Assembly (NCBI GenBank): GCA_033442325.1
Contig: JAWQFM010000008.1
Coordinates: 1,498,018 to 1,510,682, forward strand
DNA from: Salpingoeca rosetta
Taxonomy: Eukaryota > Protista > Choanoflagellata
Direction of reading: 5' to 3'
Length of the DNA stretch: 12,665 nucleotides
Made by a program: the position numbers and the translations under genes. The notes under the pieces are model-generated. The model had not been told where the DNA came from. It was given only the letters and a program-made list of their open reading frames with translations, and did no database searches. This document shows positions 10,096-12,665 of this stretch, in pieces. The first letter of the stretch is position 1. Every line of letters starts with the position of its first letter.

Positions 10096-10324
10096 TGTTG
10101 AGACACGACAGGTGGTGTGTGTGTGTTTACTGTAGGCAAACGCAACAAACAAGAACACAAGGAGAATGAACAAGCACAACAAGCTGCTGCCAAATCAACT
10201 CGGGCAGCACGCTCAAACAAACACTAGACAAGTGCACACACAGTCAATGACGCTGCCAAGGCGACATGGGCAGAGTGTGCACGAACACAAACAATCTAAA
10301 CAGCGAACAGCATGCATACATGCG
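10096..10324 (-). repeat. 5' LTR of element C (partial; the rest is in the N-gap)
   Basis: Identical by eye to 5203-5431 over 229 bp. Confidence 0.95.
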
Positions 10325-10424
10325 NNNNNNNNNNNNNNNNNNNNNNNNNNNNNNNNNNNNNNNNNNNNNNNNNNNNNNNNNNNNNNNNNNNNNNNNNNNN
10401 NNNNNNNNNNNNNNNNNNNNNNNN
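10325..10424. other. 100-N scaffold gap, probably a placeholder size (other gaps: 1017-1137, 2196-3069, 6333-6567, 8525-8796, 11602-12030)
   Basis: Exactly 100 N, whereas 317 bp of LTR alone are missing here. Confidence 0.85.
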
Positions 10425-10857
10425 ACTGCCGCAGCACCTCAAGGACAAGCTCTGGTCTGCTGCGCTTGGACACTCTGCATGGGTGTACAACCTTCTTCCG
10501 CACTCCCAACTGGGCATGTCACCGTACCAGGCTCTCTTCGCCAAGCCTTCGCCACTGCAGCACGTGCGCGTCTTCGGCTGCAAGGCGTTCGTGTATGACC
10601 ACGTCCACACGGACAAGAGCAAGGCCTTTCCCCGACGGGCCATGGAAGGCTTCTATGTTGGCTTCGACACGCGATGCAACGCGCATCGCATCTACGTCAA
10701 GGCAACTGGGCGAGTGAGGTCCTCCATCCACGTTGACTTCCTGGAAGAGGTTGACTGCACGAGTCAAGGGGGTGCTTTACCGACATCACCACTCACAGGC
10801 AGCAACGGCACCAGCACTGTGCAGAACCTATGGGTGATGCCAGCAGCAACAGCATCC

Positions 10858-10950
10858 ACACCTGACCCCATGCGGCAGGGCGACGAGAACACACCTGACC
10901 CCATGCGGCAGGGCGACGAGAACACACCTGACCCCATGCGGCAGGGCGAC
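10858..10950 (+). repeat. 33-bp in-frame tandem repeat x2.8 (TPDPMRQGDEN)
   Basis: ACACCTGACCCCATGCGGCAGGGCGACGAGAAC at 10858 and 10891, partial (27 bp) at 10924. Confidence 0.95.
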
Positions 10951-11085
10951 AGCGGCGGCGCACAAACATCTGCACCACTCGCGCAATCAGTACCCACGGC
11001 ACAGCAGAAGACAAGCTGTGCCGTCAACAGCAAGCATCCTGACTCGTCAACGGCAGACGACGGCAGTGATGACGATGGCGATGGC

Positions 11086-11121
11086 GATCACAGCGACGAC
11101 AGTGATCACAGCGACGACAGT
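11086..11121 (+). repeat. 18-bp in-frame tandem repeat x2 (DHSDDS)
   Basis: GATCACAGCGACGACAGT at 11086 and 11104. Confidence 0.9.
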
Positions 11122-11127
11122 GACGTC

Positions 11128-11165
11128 TGCCTGCGGACTACCCTGTTGCCTGCGGACTACCCTGT
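11128..11165 (+). repeat. 19-bp tandem duplication causing a frameshift
   Basis: TGCCTGCGGACTACCCTGT at 11128 and 11147. Confidence 0.93.
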
Positions 11166-12030
11166 TGAAGAATGCCATGGTACAGACGCACCAGCCACCG
11201 CAGCAGCCGGTCCCCAAGACATGGCGGGACGCCATGGCCTCTGCACACAAGAGCAAGTGGCAGGAGGCCTTCGTCAAGGAGTGGAGCAACATGATTCGGC
11301 ACGACGTCTTCGACATCGTTGACCAGCGCACTCTTCCCATGGGCGTGCGACCAATACCGTCCAAGCTCGTCTTTGCTGTGAAACACAAACCGGACGGCAG
11401 TATTGTCCACAAAGTCCGGTTTGTTTGCTGCGGCAACCGGCAGACGGAGGACACATACGCAGATGTATTTTCGCCCACGACACGCTTCGAGGCTCTGCGC
11501 ACCTTTCTCGCTGCTACAGCCCAGCGACACATGCTGCTGTGCCAGTTCGATGTGTTCTGCGGCTTTTTCTCCATGCCGAGCTCGACATGGCAAACGTGTT
11601 TNNNNNNNNNNNNNNNNNNNNNNNNNNNNNNNNNNNNNNNNNNNNNNNNNNNNNNNNNNNNNNNNNNNNNNNNNNNNNNNNNNNNNNNNNNNNNNNNNNN
11701 NNNNNNNNNNNNNNNNNNNNNNNNNNNNNNNNNNNNNNNNNNNNNNNNNNNNNNNNNNNNNNNNNNNNNNNNNNNNNNNNNNNNNNNNNNNNNNNNNNNN
11801 NNNNNNNNNNNNNNNNNNNNNNNNNNNNNNNNNNNNNNNNNNNNNNNNNNNNNNNNNNNNNNNNNNNNNNNNNNNNNNNNNNNNNNNNNNNNNNNNNNNN
11901 NNNNNNNNNNNNNNNNNNNNNNNNNNNNNNNNNNNNNNNNNNNNNNNNNNNNNNNNNNNNNNNNNNNNNNNNNNNNNNNNNNNNNNNNNNNNNNNNNNNN
12001 NNNNNNNNNNNNNNNNNNNNNNNNNNNNNN

Positions 12031-12665
12031 CCCGTCAAGATGAAGCTCGTGCCGGTGGAACCAAGCGAGGTCGACGTTCGTCACTCCCAGAGCATCATTG
12101 GCAGTCTGCTGTATCTCGCAGTGACGCCGCGTCCGACATCAGCTCGCCACGTCCGTGCTCTCAAGATTTTATCCAGCAACCCGGCAAGCAGCACCTACAC
12201 GCGGCCAGACATGTCTGCAAGTACCTACGGGGCACGGCGGCTCTGGCAATCAAGTACAGTGCGGGTGATTCGCTTCAACTCCTTGGCTACACAGACGCAA
12301 GTCACATGTCTGACCCCTACACGTCGAAAGGGCATGGAGGCCACCTGTTCACCATCGCCGGTGGCCCTGTGACATGGCTGTCCAAGAGGCTGCCTCTCGT
12401 CACAACATCATCGGCGGAGACAGAGTACGTCGCCGCTGCGCGCGCAGCACAGGCTGCGGTGTACCTGCGACAGCTCCTCCAGGAGCTGGGCTTCGACGTC
12501 GGCACCACACCACTCCACATGGACAGCCAGTCTGCCATGTGCATTGCTACCAATCCCGTGGCCAAGGGCGGCTCAAAACACATACGGCTGCGTTATCACC
12601 TTCTGCGCGAGCTCATTGGCGAAGGCGTCGTCAAGGCAGTGTATGAACCCGGCACAAAGCTGCTT
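12031..12665 (+). pseudogene. RT C-terminus and RNase H (element D), runs off the window
   Basis: QSIIGSLLYLAV..RP in frame +1, indels near 12125-12170, then frame +3 from 12171: QPGKQHLHAARHVCKYLRGT...GYTDASH...GGPVTWLSKR..VTTSSAETEY...MDSQSAM...SKHIRLRYHLLRE. The frame +3 part is absent from the supplied ORF track. Confidence 0.88.

Larger units (their letters stand above)
5203..10324 (-). mobile_element. Near full-length young Ty1/copia LTR retrotransposon (element C), about 5.4 kb predicted; outer part of the 5' LTR lies in a gap
   Basis: Direct LTRs, PBS, gag-PR-IN-RT-RH and PPT are all in the canonical order on the minus strand. Confidence 0.97.
10426..11601 (+). pseudogene. Integrase C-terminus/SH3, linker and RT N-terminus (element D), frameshifted
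   Basis: LWSAALGHSAWVYNLLP..SPYQ, VRVFGCKAFVY and RAMEGFYVGFD in frame +1. After the 19-bp duplication, frame +2 gives VPKTWRDAM..KWQEA, HKVRFVCCGNRQ, FSPTT and CQFDV. Further indels occur near 11553-11570. Confidence 0.88.
10425..12665 (+). mobile_element. Ty1/copia retrotransposon internal fragment (element D, third family)
   Basis: IN C-terminus, linker, RT and RNase H in copia order; protein sequence distinct from B and C; no LTR visible. Confidence 0.9.

Noticed and set aside
10060-10110. tRNA-Met gene
   Set aside because: Only the anticodon-arm segment matches; there is no acceptor, D or T arm. It is a PBS.
10858-10950. CRISPR-like 33-bp repeats
   Set aside because: Head-to-tail with no spacers, in frame within a retrotransposon ORF, and in a eukaryotic context.
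11545-12170. Multiple indels in element D flanking the 11602-12030 gap as biological decay
   Set aside because: They cluster near contig ends and in short homopolymers, which is consistent with low-quality base calls.
1-12665. Assigning host species or named family (composition is reminiscent of a choanoflagellate or similar protist)
   Set aside because: Cannot be supported without a database search.

Overview
Eukaryotic, GC-rich draft-assembly window with six N-gaps, made up entirely of Ty1/copia (Pseudoviridae) LTR retrotransposons from at least three families. No host gene is visible. From left to right: (A) 1-1016, minus strand, an RT fragment about 98% identical to element C; (B) about 1138-5202, plus strand, gag-[gap]-IN-RT-RNase H with several frameshifts and stops, cut off inside RNase H; (C) 5203 to beyond 10324, minus strand, a near full-length young element inserted into B, with a 546-bp 3' LTR (TGTTGAGA...TCTCAACA), PPT, gag-PR-IN-RT-RH, PBS and a partial 5' LTR identical to the 3' LTR over the 229 visible bases; (D) 10425-12665, plus strand, IN C-terminus-RT-RNase H of a third family, frameshifted by a 19-bp tandem duplication. 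The most unusual signal is the PBS of element C. It abuts the LTR like a copia/Ty5 half-tRNA primer site, but its sequence matches the anticodon arm of an elongator-type rather than initiator tRNA-Met. The host cannot be identified from the sequence alone.
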